A stretch of DNA of 64,000 nt from Deltaproteobacteria bacterium (GTDB lineage: Bacteria > Bdellovibrionota_B > Oligoflexia > Oligoflexales > Bog-1112). Shown here one piece after another: positions 29,524-39,214 of this stretch (position 1 is the stretch's first letter; each line of letters opens with the position of its first letter). The DNA is taken from the NCBI GenBank assembly GCA_020635195.1, contig JACKAG010000005.1, positions 22,559-86,558 of the forward strand. Direction: 5' to 3'. Position numbers and translations under genes: made by a program. Under the pieces are notes generated by a model. It made no database searches. It had not been told where the DNA came from and saw only the letters and a program-made list of their open reading frames with translations.

Positions 29524-31395
29524 GTGCCAGGTCAGGCTAATATCATAAGCCATGAGGATCAGGCATTGGCGGATAGCTACGAAGAAATCATCAGGCAAAC
29601 CTTTTTAGAAGAAGCCGAGCAAAGCCTTGCCGATATCGAGCAATGTATCATCGAAATTGACCGCTATTCGTCCAGAAAAAAGATTTATCCGTCCGAGATA
29701 TCATCAAACTTCGCAAATCTTTTCCGTCTGGTCCATAATCTAAAAGGATCTTCCGCAGGCGTGGGCTTTTCGAAAGTCTCAGACTTAAGCCATATCCTGG
29801 AAACATTTTTAACCACGATCAAAAACGAAAATTTTCAGATTTCAGGAGAAACATGCGACTTTATCCTTGAATGTAATGATTTTTTTCGAAAAATGATCGT
29901 AAAAATTTCACAAAATCCGGATAGTCAGTTTGATCTGAAATATTTTGATAACAAAGCAGAGCAACAATTAAGCTCTATGAAGACGAATATTCCAAGCGAT
30001 AACAAAACAGAACAAAAGAAAGAACCTGTCGCAGAAATTACAGAACAGAAGAAAGAACCTGTCGCAGAAATTACAGAACAGAAGAAAGAATCTGTCACAG
30101 AGATTGCAGAACAGAAAAAAGAACCTGTCACAGAGATTTATAATGACAACAAATTATCCGGAGAACAGACCGTCATGACTGAGCCATCCTCAAGCACCGC
30201 CCCTGTTCAGGAACGTGAACAACTCACGAAAGATGAGAGTATTCGCGTCAGAATGTATCAGATCGAGCAGCTGAATAATTATGTGGGTGAAATGGTCGTC
30301 ATGCAAACCGTTCTGAATCAGCAAAAAACAGAATTAAATCAGGAGCTGCTTTCAAAAGTCATTCCCCAGATGGATAAAACGGTGAAAGAAATTCAGAACC
30401 TTTCTCTCGGCCTTCGCATGATTCCCATCAGTCAGCTTTTTACAAAAATCCAGAGGGTCTGCCGGGATACCAGCAGAGCTGTCGGAAAAGAGGTGGAATT
30501 AACGCTCGAAGGAGAACAGACTGAAGTTGACAAAACCATTATTGAAAAAATCAGTGATCCTTTAGTCCATATGGTCCGGAATTCCATTGATCATGGGCTC
30601 GAATCAAAAGAAGAACGCCTCAGAATTGGAAAAGAACCGATCGGACATGTCACGCTCAGATGCTATCACGATGGCGGTCATGTCATCATTGAAGTCTCTG
30701 ATGACGGCGCAGGACTTAATAAAAAGTTAATTGAAGAAAAAGCCATCAAAAATAAACTGATCCCCGAAAACCACAACCTGAGAGAAGATGATATTCTTAA
30801 CCTGATCTTCCATGGTGGTTTTTCGACCAAAGATACAGCTACAGATGTCTCAGGCAGGGGGGTCGGAATGGATGTCGTTCTCACAAACATCCAGTCTCTT
30901 TCCGGAGAAATCGATATCGCGACCCATCCCGGAAAAGGCAGCACATTTAAAATATCCGTGCCTCTCTCTCTGGCTGTCATCGATGGTGTTGTTGCCAATG
31001 TAAACACAAACCGATATATTCTTCCGATGTCCCAGGTTTTTGAATCCGTCAAAATATCTCCTGAAGATCTTGATAAAGCTTCAGGTGTCGGAACTATTTT
31101 TAACCTGCGCGGGAAAAATATTCCGGTCATATTTGCCCATGAAATTCTGAGTGAAAAATCCTCCTCAAAAGAATTTTATACTGCTGTTATTATAAGAAAA
31201 CATGGTTTTGAACCCTATGCCGTACTGGTGGATGAAATTCTTAAACAACAGCAGATTGTTGTCAAACCCATTTCAAAAGCACTTAAATTTACACGATCTT
31301 TGATTGGTACGGCTATTCTCGGGGACGGGCTTCCTGCTTTTATCATCGATCTTTTTGATGTGAGTCAATATGTCAAAGGTTTAGCAAAGAGTTGA
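29524..31395 (+). CDS. cheA: Chemotaxis histidine kinase CheA
   Basis: It has an HPt domain ('LFRLVHNLKGSSAGVGF'), a dimerisation/HATPase region ('LVHMVRNSIDHGLE', 'DDGAGLN', 'GRGVGMDVV') and a C-terminal CheW-like domain. The alternative start at TTG 29566 has the better RBS. Confidence 0.92.
   Translation: MPGQANIISHEDQALADSYEEIIRQTFLEEAEQSLADIEQCIIEIDRYSSRKKIYPSEISSNFANLFRLVHNLKGSSAGVGFSKVSDLSHILETFLTTIKNENFQISGETCDFILECNDFFRKMIVKISQNPDSQFDLKYFDNKAEQQLSSMKTNIPSDNKTEQKKEPVAEITEQKKEPVAEITEQKKESVTEIAEQKKEPVTEIYNDNKLSGEQTVMTEPSSSTAPVQEREQLTKDESIRVRMYQIEQLNNYVGEMVVMQTVLNQQKTELNQELLSKVIPQMDKTVKEIQNLSLGLRMIPISQLFTKIQRVCRDTSRAVGKEVELTLEGEQTEVDKTIIEKISDPLVHMVRNSIDHGLESKEERLRIGKEPIGHVTLRCYHDGGHVIIEVSDDGAGLNKKLIEEKAIKNKLIPENHNLREDDILNLIFHGGFSTKDTATDVSGRGVGMDVVLTNIQSLSGEIDIATHPGKGSTFKISVPLSLAVIDGVVANVNTNRYILPMSQVFESVKISPEDLDKASGVGTIFNLRGKNIPVIFAHEILSEKSSSKEFYTAVIIRKHGFEPYAVLVDEILKQQQIVVKPISKALKFTRSLIGTAILGDGLPAFIIDLFDVSQYVKGLAKS
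30007..30138 (+). repeat. 4 x 33-nt in-frame tandem repeat in the cheA linker
   Basis: It encodes TEQKKEPVAEI / TEQKKEPVAEI / TEQKKESVTEI / AEQKKEPVTEI. The units are at 30007, 30040, 30073 and 30106. Confidence 0.95.
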
Positions 31396-31397
31396 AT

Positions 31398-31886
31398 ATG
31401 ATTGAATCTTCAAAAACAACAGACACAAAGTCAGAAGACCGCTTTCTGGAATTCATGATCAGGGATGAGTTTTTTGGAATTCCCCTGCTAGAAATCAGAG
31501 AAGTGATCGGCGTCCCGAAAACAATACCGATACCAGGAGCCCCATCCTGGTATCAGGGAATTATGAATTTACGTGGACAGGTCATCCCTATTATAGACCT
31601 CGGGCTCAAACTGGGATCAGGTCATACAGAAAAAACAAATGAAACTGCTGTCATCATCGTTGAATGCACCTCCGTAACCATCGGAATCATCGTCGATGCA
31701 GTCAAAAAAGTCATCACAGCAACTGAAAAAACAATACAGAAAAACCAGAGTCAGAATACAAAAAAAGATCTGAAAATTGATGGTGTTTTCAGAAATGGAG
31801 AACAGATGACTCTGATTCTTAACATTGAGAAATCATTAAATCTGGACGATATCGTTAACGCTACTCCTGGTAGCACTTTAATATAG
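31398..31886 (+). CDS. cheW: Chemotaxis coupling protein CheW
   Basis: It is a CheW-like domain ('[21 protein letters not shown]', '[15 protein letters not shown]', 'VIIVE ... IGIIVDAV'). ATG 31398 lies 3 nt after the cheA stop. The ORF-track TTG at 31392 lacks a spaced RBS. Confidence 0.9.
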   Translation: MIESSKTTDTKSEDRFLEFMIRDEFFGIPLLEIREVIGVPKTIPIPGAPSWYQGIMNLRGQVIPIIDLGLKLGSGHTEKTNETAVIIVECTSVTIGIIVDAVKKVITATEKTIQKNQSQNTKKDLKIDGVFRNGEQMTLILNIEKSLNLDDIVNATPGSTLI

Positions 31887-31899
31887 GAATGGGACTGCG

Positions 31900-34380
31900 A
31901 TGAGTTTTAAAATCAGTAATTTAAGTTTAAGAGTTAAGTTAATTGCGCTCTTCATTCTGACATCTTTGCTGCCGATTTCGGTATCGAGCTGGATCACATG
32001 GAGCAACAATACCTCAACACTGTTAGAAGAAACAGAAAACAACTTAAAGACTTTCCTTGAAATAAAAGGGAAAAGTCTCGAAGATGCCATTCAGACGATG
32101 CGAAGTCAGGTAAAAACACTTGCAAAAAACAGAACCACTGTTGAAGCTATGGCAAATTTTTCTGAAGCATTCAATAAATACCCAGATGAAATATCTAATA
32201 AACCAAGCCGGGAAGATATTCTTCAATCGCTGACATCATATTATCAGAGCGAATTTGGCAATGAATTTAAGAACCGAAACGGCGGAATTTCAACAGATAG
32301 TCTTGTTAATCTGGCACAGTTAAAAGATCCTTCTCTCTACCTACAATATAGCTATATTTCTGAAAATAAAAATCCACTTGGATCAAAAGATACACTTAAG
32401 TTTTCTCCTGATGGTTCCAGCTGGAGCAACTTTCATAAAGAATACCACTCAACTTTTGTTAATTTTCTTTATGAATTTGGATATTATGATGTTTTTCTTA
32501 TCGAACCTGAAAATGCAACCATCGTCTATACTGTATTTAAAGAACTTGATTTTGCAACCTCATTAAAAAATGGTCCTTATTCTAATACAAAATTTGCTGA
32601 AATTGCAAAAGCTGCATTAAATGCAACATCTGATAATTCATTTATCACGGATCTTGAAACCTATTACCCTTCATACAATGATCCTGCCGGATTTATCGGA
32701 GCACCTATTATTAAAGATGGAAAAACAATAGGAGCTCTGGTTTTCCAGATACCTGTAGCCAAGCTTGATGCTATACTCACCAGTGACAAAAAGTGGAAAG
32801 ATGTCGGAGGAGGAGAGACCGGAGAAACCTATATCCTTGGAAAAGATCAATATATGAGGAGCACATCCCGTCTTCTGATCGAAAACAAAGAGGATTATTT
32901 TTCAAAAATTGAAAAAGATTCTTTCCCCGAAGAACGATTAAACTACATAAAAGCAAAAGGCACAACAACTCTGATGCAACGTGTTAATTCCGAATCCGCT
33001 CAGAAAGCAATTTCTGGTAAAAGTGGTTTTACATCAGCCATCAACTACCTGGGAAATTCTGTTCTGAGTGCATACAGACCTTTAAACATCAAAGGTGTTG
33101 ACTGGTTTATTATCTCAGAAATGACAGAAGAAGAAGCCCTGATCCCGGTTTCAAATCTGACACGTCTCTTACTTATCGTTAATCTTGCTGCAATCATCAT
33201 TATTGCCTTAATTTCATTTATTTTCGCAACAACAATGACAAAAAACATTGTCCGGTCAGTTTCAGGGCTTGACCGATCTGCAACAGAAACCCTGACCAGT
33301 AGTTCTAATGTCCGCTCCGCGTCCGCCGTGGTTTCCTCTTCAGTCACCGAGCAGGCATCTGCCATTCAGGAAACGGTCTCAACATTGAATGAGATCAGGG
33401 CCATGAGCCAGAAAAGTTTAGAATTCTCTGAAAAATCATCAGAAAAAGCAGACTCCTCTATGAGAATCGCAAAGGAAGGTGAACAGGTCGTAGCAGAGAT
33501 GGAACAGTCTATGGCGGATATCTCAGACAGCAACGATAAAATCATGCAAGCTGTTTCAGACAGCAATAAAGAAATTCAGAGCATTGTTGAAGTTATCAAC
33601 AGCATTGCAGAAAAAACAAATGTTATCAACGACATTGTTTTTCAGACCAAACTTCTCTCATTTAATGCCTCTGTCGAAGCCGCAAGAGCTGGCGAACACG
33701 GAAAGGGCTTTGCTGTCGTCGCTGAAGAGGTCGGTAATCTTGCTCAGATGAGTGGTAACGCAGCCAAAGAAATCAGCGAAATGTTAAATGACAGCGTCAA
33801 AAAAGTAGAGAGCATTGTAACAAACACATCCAGTCAGGTCGCAGGACTTATCGAAGTCGGAACCTCCAAGGTATCGAGAGGAACTGAAATTGCAAACCGT
33901 TGCAGGGAAGTTCTGTCAAATGTTGTCTCGGATATTTCGAATGTCACAACCATGATGAGCGAAATCAACAGTGGTGCCAGAGAGATCTCTGAGGGTGTTT
34001 CCAATATCTCTACCGCAATGAATCAGCTGGACAAGTCGACCCATGCAAATTCTGATATATCTCATAAAACATCTGGCTATGCGAAGAGTCTTGCCGATCA
34101 GGCGAACCATCTTGCTGACATTGTCTACCAACTCAGAAAAGTTGTATTAGGAAAAAGCAGTGAATCTGACAGAAAGGATGTGAGAAGCGGACAAAAAGAG
34201 GAAGAAGATATCGCAAATTCAGCAGATCTGAACGAACGAAAGCGCTCTGCAAGAAGCCCGCAAAGAGACTATAATCCGGTCGTTCCCATCAAAGAGGACA
34301 GGAAGGACAAAATTGGAGGCATTGGCGAGTCCTCTGTCATCCCAAGTGCTTCCGATGATGGTTTCAAAGAAGTCAGCTAA
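31900..34380 (+). CDS. Methyl-accepting chemotaxis protein with a periplasmic double-Cache-like sensor
   Basis: It has two TM segments flanking a ~370-aa periplasmic region ('[17 protein letters not shown]', typical of dCache). These are followed by the MCP signalling domain ('[31 protein letters not shown]'). Confidence 0.9.
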   Translation: MSFKISNLSLRVKLIALFILTSLLPISVSSWITWSNNTSTLLEETENNLKTFLEIKGKSLEDAIQTMRSQVKTLAKNRTTVEAMANFSEAFNKYPDEISNKPSREDILQSLTSYYQSEFGNEFKNRNGGISTDSLVNLAQLKDPSLYLQYSYISENKNPLGSKDTLKFSPDGSSWSNFHKEYHSTFVNFLYEFGYYDVFLIEPENATIVYTVFKELDFATSLKNGPYSNTKFAEIAKAALNATSDNSFITDLETYYPSYNDPAGFIGAPIIKDGKTIGALVFQIPVAKLDAILTSDKKWKDVGGGETGETYILGKDQYMRSTSRLLIENKEDYFSKIEKDSFPEERLNYIKAKGTTTLMQRVNSESAQKAISGKSGFTSAINYLGNSVLSAYRPLNIKGVDWFIISEMTEEEALIPVSNLTRLLLIVNLAAIIIIALISFIFATTMTKNIVRSVSGLDRSATETLTSSSNVRSASAVVSSSVTEQASAIQETVSTLNEIRAMSQKSLEFSEKSSEKADSSMRIAKEGEQVVAEMEQSMADISDSNDKIMQAVSDSNKEIQSIVEVINSIAEKTNVINDIVFQTKLLSFNASVEAARAGEHGKGFAVVAEEVGNLAQMSGNAAKEISEMLNDSVKKVESIVTNTSSQVAGLIEVGTSKVSRGTEIANRCREVLSNVVSDISNVTTMMSEINSGAREISEGVSNISTAMNQLDKSTHANSDISHKTSGYAKSLADQANHLADIVYQLRKVVLGKSSESDRKDVRSGQKEEEDIANSADLNERKRSARSPQRDYNPVVPIKEDRKDKIGGIGESSVIPSASDDGFKEVS

Positions 34381-34389
34381 AAGAGAGCT

Positions 34390-36672
34390 ATGAATCAGAC
34401 ATATTCTCAGGATTCATTTCTGAGTTTTATTGAAAATATTTTTACAAGTTCGACTGGCATCACATTTGATCATGACCAGCGAAACATTATTTTATTAAAA
34501 ATCGAAAAACACATCAGAAGTCTCGGGCTACCCTCTTTTCAGGAATATGAAAAATATTTCCTGAAACATCCGGAACAGGAAAAAGAATCCCTTATTTCTA
34601 TCCTGACTGTTCACCATACTTCTTTTTTCAGAAATATCAGTCATTTCAACTACATCGAACAGAACATCCACGACATGGTACGCGCCATTATGAAATCAGG
34701 CCGATCTGAACTCTCTGTCTGGTCCTCTGCATGTAGCTTTGGGCACGAAGTGTATTCTCTCGCTCTGCTTCTGGATTACCACCTTCGCAGATACCATGAT
34801 ACGTTCACCTTTCGGATACTGGGATCTGATGTCGATACACTCAGTCTGAAAATCGCTCAAAATGGCGTTTACCGTACCGTTCAGGCAGAAAAAATACCAG
34901 GACAATATCATCAGAATCATATTATCTATGGAACAGGAAATGCTAAAGGCTATATAAAGATATCAGATAAACTAAAGAGAAAATGTCATTTTAAAAAACA
35001 TAATCTGATTTCAGATTCAATGCATGATATGTTTGATCTGATATTTTGCAGAAATGTACTGATTTATTTCTCCGAATCCATGCAGCAGGAAGCCATCTCA
35101 AAAATGGCGAAAAATCTATATCCAAATGGCATAATTATTCTTGGCTCTTCAGAATCACTGTTTAAATATCCGGATATGCTCGAATCCATCGGGGATTCCA
35201 AATATAAAATAAGGGACAACAAAACAAAATCATTAAACGAACATGAGCACAAAAAAAATCCAAACGTGTATAAGCTGATATCCGGATCTCAGCCATCATC
35301 TTTCATCAATCAGGACACCAGTTATATTGCTGTCCTGTGCAAACATAAAGAAAGAATGCTTTTATTCAGAGTGCATGATATCCCTTCTGTTTCATACGAC
35401 ATAAAAAAAGCGATCAAAAATCATTCTTTTGAAAACTACTCCGTCAGATATATCGCTCTGGAGCGTGAAGAAAAAGAACTCCGTAAAAAACTGCTTCTGT
35501 CTTTCGATCAGACCACAGGAGTGAGCGTCAACAGACGATTTGACCTTAATGTCTCAGGACGAATCTTTCGCACCCATTCTCTTATCCAGGAAAACAATCA
35601 GATAAAACAAAATATAAAAGAAAAACAAGAGATCATAACAACAACACAAGAAAGAAAAATAAGAGTCCTCGTGGTCGATGATTCAAAAACCAATCAGCTC
35701 ATTATGAAAAAACTGCTTCCTGAAATGCCAGGGATCGAATGGGTTGGAGAGGTGCTTGATCCGAGAGACTTTTCCAGAATATCTCAGGAATTAAAGCCTG
35801 ATGTCATCACACTCGACATGAACATGCCCCACATGAATGGATGTGATATTTTACGCCAGATGAAACAGTCCGTATGGATACCGGCAATTATTGTCAGTTC
35901 ACTTGGGATGGAAGAAGGCTCTGCCGTCTTTGAAGCCCTGGAACTTGGGGCATTCGATTATATTCAGAAACCTGAGAAAGAAAACCTGGTCAGTTTTTCC
36001 AGGCTCCTTGAAGAAAAAATACGCTTTGCAAGTCAGCATAACCGCAGAAGCAAAAAGCAACACAACACAACACAATTATCCCGGACAAAAATCGACCTGA
36101 AAAAAATCATCGCGATCGGATCATCAACTGGTGGCCCAACTGCACTCAAAGAACTTCTGAGCTCTTTGACAGGCGAGATTCCCCCCATTGTCATTGTCCA
36201 GCATATCCCGCCAGAATTCTCAAGAGTTCTTGCAGAACGCTTCAATCACCTCTTCCCTTTTACCGTCCGGGAAGCCACAGACGGCGATGTCCTGGCAGCT
36301 AACAACGTTTATATAGCCCCCGGGGGAAGGCAAATGTATGTGACCTGCGGGACGAGTGGAAAGATTTTTTTAAAAGTAAAGCATGATCCACCTTATGGCG
36401 GATTCTGTCCTTCCGTTGACGTTCTGTTCAGCTCAGTCGCAGACTGCCTTGGAAAAAAAGCTGTCGGTATCCTGCTGACAGGCATGGGTAGTGATGGAGC
36501 AGAGGGAATGGCTAAAATGAAAAGAAAGGGTGCCCTGACCATTGCCCAAAGCGAAGAAAGCTGTGTCGTCTTCGGCATGCCAAAGGCGGCAATAGCACTA
36601 GGGGCTGCTGACAAAGTCTGTGATATAAGCGATATCATCCCCACAATATCAAAACTTCAGTCCGGCAGCTAA
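34390..36672 (+). CDS. Fusion protein: CheR methyltransferase, an unassigned ~150-aa region, a receiver domain and the CheB methylesterase
   Basis: The N-terminal half is CheR-like ('SVWSSACSFGHEVYSLALLL', 'DLIFCRNVLIYF'). Residues ~423-545 are a REC domain ('IRVLVVDDS', 'VITLDMNMPHMNG'). The C-terminal part is CheB-like with a Ser/His/Asp context ('AIGSSTGGPTAL', 'IVQHIPPEFS', 'LTGMGSDGA'). It is a single uninterrupted 760-aa ORF. Confidence 0.88.
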   Translation: MNQTYSQDSFLSFIENIFTSSTGITFDHDQRNIILLKIEKHIRSLGLPSFQEYEKYFLKHPEQEKESLISILTVHHTSFFRNISHFNYIEQNIHDMVRAIMKSGRSELSVWSSACSFGHEVYSLALLLDYHLRRYHDTFTFRILGSDVDTLSLKIAQNGVYRTVQAEKIPGQYHQNHIIYGTGNAKGYIKISDKLKRKCHFKKHNLISDSMHDMFDLIFCRNVLIYFSESMQQEAISKMAKNLYPNGIIILGSSESLFKYPDMLESIGDSKYKIRDNKTKSLNEHEHKKNPNVYKLISGSQPSSFINQDTSYIAVLCKHKERMLLFRVHDIPSVSYDIKKAIKNHSFENYSVRYIALEREEKELRKKLLLSFDQTTGVSVNRRFDLNVSGRIFRTHSLIQENNQIKQNIKEKQEIITTTQERKIRVLVVDDSKTNQLIMKKLLPEMPGIEWVGEVLDPRDFSRISQELKPDVITLDMNMPHMNGCDILRQMKQSVWIPAIIVSSLGMEEGSAVFEALELGAFDYIQKPEKENLVSFSRLLEEKIRFASQHNRRSKKQHNTTQLSRTKIDLKKIIAIGSSTGGPTALKELLSSLTGEIPPIVIVQHIPPEFSRVLAERFNHLFPFTVREATDGDVLAANNVYIAPGGRQMYVTCGTSGKIFLKVKHDPPYGGFCPSVDVLFSSVADCLGKKAVGILLTGMGSDGAEGMAKMKRKGALTIAQSEESCVVFGMPKAAIALGAADKVCDISDIIPTISKLQSGS

Positions 36673-36682
36673 AAAGCGAGCT

Positions 36683-37060
36683 TCAATCCCCCCCGGAAGC
36701 AGAGAAGGCTCTTTCAAGGCTGGCTGCGCTAAATGCAGACAACTTAACGACCTCAACCCTGTCCCCTGTCCTGACTGGCCGGAAAGCCTCATCGACCCGC
36801 AGCAAGCCAGAAGGGAGCACAACACCACTCCCTACCCAGGCAGAACCTTTGGCATCATAAACACTCACCTGTAAACCTGGTTTAAGTGACTGCGGAAGCC
36901 GGCAGAAACTCTTTTCCGCACCTGCTGAACTGTAACTTTTACAGGACTGTACGCTAAAGGTTCTGCCCAGTGCCCTCTCACTTCCCAGAATCACAGAAAA
37001 AAATCCTGTGATAACGGATAATACAAGCATTAGCCCGGCTAAGTATGAACTCCTGTCCAT
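36683..37060 (-). CDS. Small membrane-anchored or secreted hypothetical protein
   Basis: 125 aa with an N-terminal hydrophobic segment 'LAGLMLVLSVITGFFSVILG' and a strong RBS (GAAGGGGG) a few nt upstream of the ATG. I recognise no family. Confidence 0.5.
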   Translation of the reverse strand: MDRSSYLAGLMLVLSVITGFFSVILGSERALGRTFSVQSCKSYSSAGAEKSFCRLPQSLKPGLQVSVYDAKGSAWVGSGVVLPSGLLRVDEAFRPVRTGDRVEVVKLSAFSAASLERAFSASGGD

Positions 37061-37429
37061 GATGCCCCCTTCTCAGACAGATTTCGTATATGCTCTCTTT
37101 TTACTCTTACTTGAGTCATCTGGGCTTATATGTATGCAAGGACCGGACCATGCGGCGCTCACATTTTTTTTACAGAATTATCATCCGCTTATTCAGAAAA
37201 AACATCACAAGAGCCTGACAAAATCTGAACAACTGTCAGATTTGCAGCCAATAAGGAGAGAGAAGCACAAAATGAAAAGAAAACGGCAATTTAAGAAAAA
37301 GGTCAATAAAAGGTGCCATCAGGCTATACAGCCTGATATAATCAAACAGACAAGCCATTCACAAGAGGGAAAAGTCAGTCCTTGCCCCCCGGCTCCGGAG
37401 CTCTCTTTAATTCCGGAACCGAAGCAGAA

Positions 37430-37723
37430 TCAGCCTTTTTTACTGAAACCTGAATCGACCCGCTGCCTTAACTCCGTTCCGGTACGCCAGACAGGAAGTC
37501 TCTTAGGAGGAACCATAACCTCTGCCCCGGTCTTTGGGTTTCTGCCGGTGTATGCCTTATATTCCTTTACAGAAAAGGCACCAAACCCCCGGATTTCTAC
37601 CCGACCACCCTGACAAAGAGCATTGGTAATGCTTCCGAAGAATACATCTATCAGCTCTTCTGCCTTGAACAGGGTGATCCCGGCCCGCTCTGCCACTCTT
37701 TCGATCAGCTCCGACTTAACCAT
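37430..37723 (-). CDS. ihfB: HU/IHF-family DNA-binding protein (IHF beta-like)
   Basis: 97 aa. 'KSELIERVA', 'RVEIRGFGAFSVK' and 'GRNPKTGAEVMVPPKRLPVWRTGTELRQRV' closely follow the IHF-beta pattern. Confidence 0.85.
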   Translation of the reverse strand: MVKSELIERVAERAGITLFKAEELIDVFFGSITNALCQGGRVEIRGFGAFSVKEYKAYTGRNPKTGAEVMVPPKRLPVWRTGTELRQRVDSGFSKKG

Positions 37724-37949
37724 GATCTTTTATGCTCCCAGCTAATGTATACCACCGACTATTTTAACCTTTTTGGACGACCAGAGATAGTTTCTGATCT
37801 TTGATCTCTTCCGGAACCATTCATCACGGTTCACTTTTCATCCTCTGAAGACAGAGATCAACAGCCCTTTAGTCCTCTGAAACCCTTCTCTATAACAGAA
37901 AAGTGAGCTGTCAGTGTCTGCCATCCATTCTGACTAAGTCAACCTTTTT

Positions 37950-39089
37950 TCAGGATAACCGAGAACTTGTCCCGGGCAAACCAGAAGCTGTGACAACATT
38001 GCGCCTCAATGGAGCAGAGAAGATTGACTCCTGATGTTTAGCAGCCAGCTGTCCACAGGCAGCAGAAACCTCCATTCCCTTACTATAGCGCACCGGCGAC
38101 GGGTAGCCCCTCGCAGACAGATAGGACTGAAAGTCTTCAATCTCCCGTAGAGCTGGCCGTTGATACTCCAGCCCCGGATGAGGGTTAAATGGAATCAGAT
38201 TTACCTTTGCTCTCAACCCATGCAAAAACCGGACAAGCTCTTTTGCCTCACGGCGGGTCGCATTTTTGTCCCGGATCAGAATATATTCAATGGTGATTCT
38301 TTGTCCTGTCTGCTTTTGCCAGAAAAGCAGAGCCTCCTTCAGCTCTGCAAGAGGGTATTTACGGTTGACCGGCATCAGCTCAGTCCTCAGTTCATCCCTT
38401 GCCGCGTGCAAAGATACGGCCAGAGAGCAGAGAGACTTATCTGCCAGCCTCATGATTCCAGGGACAAGGCCAGAGGTCGAAACCGTCACCCTTCTGTAAG
38501 AAAGGCCAAAAGCGTCCGGAGAGGTCAGAAGCCGGACGGCAGCCAGAACAGAATCCGGGTTATCCAGAGGCTCCCCCATCCCCATAAACACAACATGGCT
38601 GATTCTTCTTTCTTCCGACTCCAGCAGCTGATTTGCCAGCATAAACTGAGCTATAATTTCATCCGCTCTCAGATGCCGGAAAAAGCCCAGCTTCCCGGTC
38701 TGACAAAAACGGCAGGCCAGCTTACAGCCCACCTGACTGGAGACACAAAGACTTGTCCGCCCTTCATATCTGAGAATGACAGCCTCAAACTGCATCCCTT
38801 TCGCATCCCGCAGCAATAGCTTGCTTGCACCATCTTCACTATCCAGACGGCTGACGATCCCGGGCAGGCTCCAGTCAAAGCTATCCCTGAGCTGAGTCCG
38901 GAAAGATGCGGGCAGGTTACTCATCCGATCCGGATCACTGATCCTTTTCTGGAATAGCCAGTCCACAAGCTGCCTGGCCCGAAATGCCGGCTGCCCCATT
39001 TCCCCGATCTGTCTGATCAGGGCATCCGGAGTCTGAGATAAAATATGAGGCGTGGAGCCTTCCAGCTGCTCCTGCATTGCAGTGGTCAT
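37950..39089 (-). CDS. rlmN: 23S rRNA/tRNA adenine-C2 methyltransferase RlmN (radical SAM)
   Basis: It has the radical-SAM cluster motif 'CVSSQVGCKLACRFCQTG', together with 'FMGMGEPLDN', 'TVSTSG' and a C-terminal 'SAACGQL'. Confidence 0.92.
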   Translation of the reverse strand: MTTAMQEQLEGSTPHILSQTPDALIRQIGEMGQPAFRARQLVDWLFQKRISDPDRMSNLPASFRTQLRDSFDWSLPGIVSRLDSEDGASKLLLRDAKGMQFEAVILRYEGRTSLCVSSQVGCKLACRFCQTGKLGFFRHLRADEIIAQFMLANQLLESEERRISHVVFMGMGEPLDNPDSVLAAVRLLTSPDAFGLSYRRVTVSTSGLVPGIMRLADKSLCSLAVSLHAARDELRTELMPVNRKYPLAELKEALLFWQKQTGQRITIEYILIRDKNATRREAKELVRFLHGLRAKVNLIPFNPHPGLEYQRPALREIEDFQSYLSARGYPSPVRYSKGMEVSAACGQLAAKHQESIFSAPLRRNVVTASGLPGTSSRLS

Positions 39090-39214
39090 CTGAAAAAAAC
39101 CTTATTATTATAGTCAGTCTGAAAAAAGACAGAGAAATATATCACCAATCCATATGGAAAATGCCATAGATGGTTCTGGGAAAACTAAGGTCGAACAATA
39201 CCTGCGTCCCCTCT

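Noticed and set aside
29524-29545. 'CCAGGTCAGGC' at the cheA 5' end resembles part of the conserved SRP (4.5S) RNA helix 8 sequence.
   Set aside because: Only about 10 nt match. No complementary strand or GGAA/GNAR loop context is present, and the region is the start of the cheA ORF.
37391-37420. Stem-loop GGCTCCGGA-(12 nt)-TCCGGAACC, 10 nt downstream of the ihfB stop on the minus strand.
   Set aside because: It has a plausible 9-bp stem with one G-U pair. It is followed by GGGGGGCAAGG rather than a U-tract, so I cannot support an intrinsic-terminator call.
37008-37613. 201-aa plus-strand ORF spanning the 37061-37429 gap.
   Set aside because: Its ends overlap the start of the 36683-37060 gene and the 3' end of ihfB, both in antisense. 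The sequence is Lys/Pro/Ser-rich and low-complexity. It probably reflects open frame in a non-coding region. The 369-nt gap itself remains unexplained, and I saw no RNA-gene signature in it.
38160-38819. 219-aa ORF antisense to rlmN. Similar cases are the ORF at 41661-42335 antisense to hemA, the one at 6208-6846 antisense to tolR/tolA, and the one at 4648-5166 antisense to gltA.
   Set aside because: All are embedded in well-supported genes on the opposite strand and have no family resemblance. I treat them as shadow ORFs.
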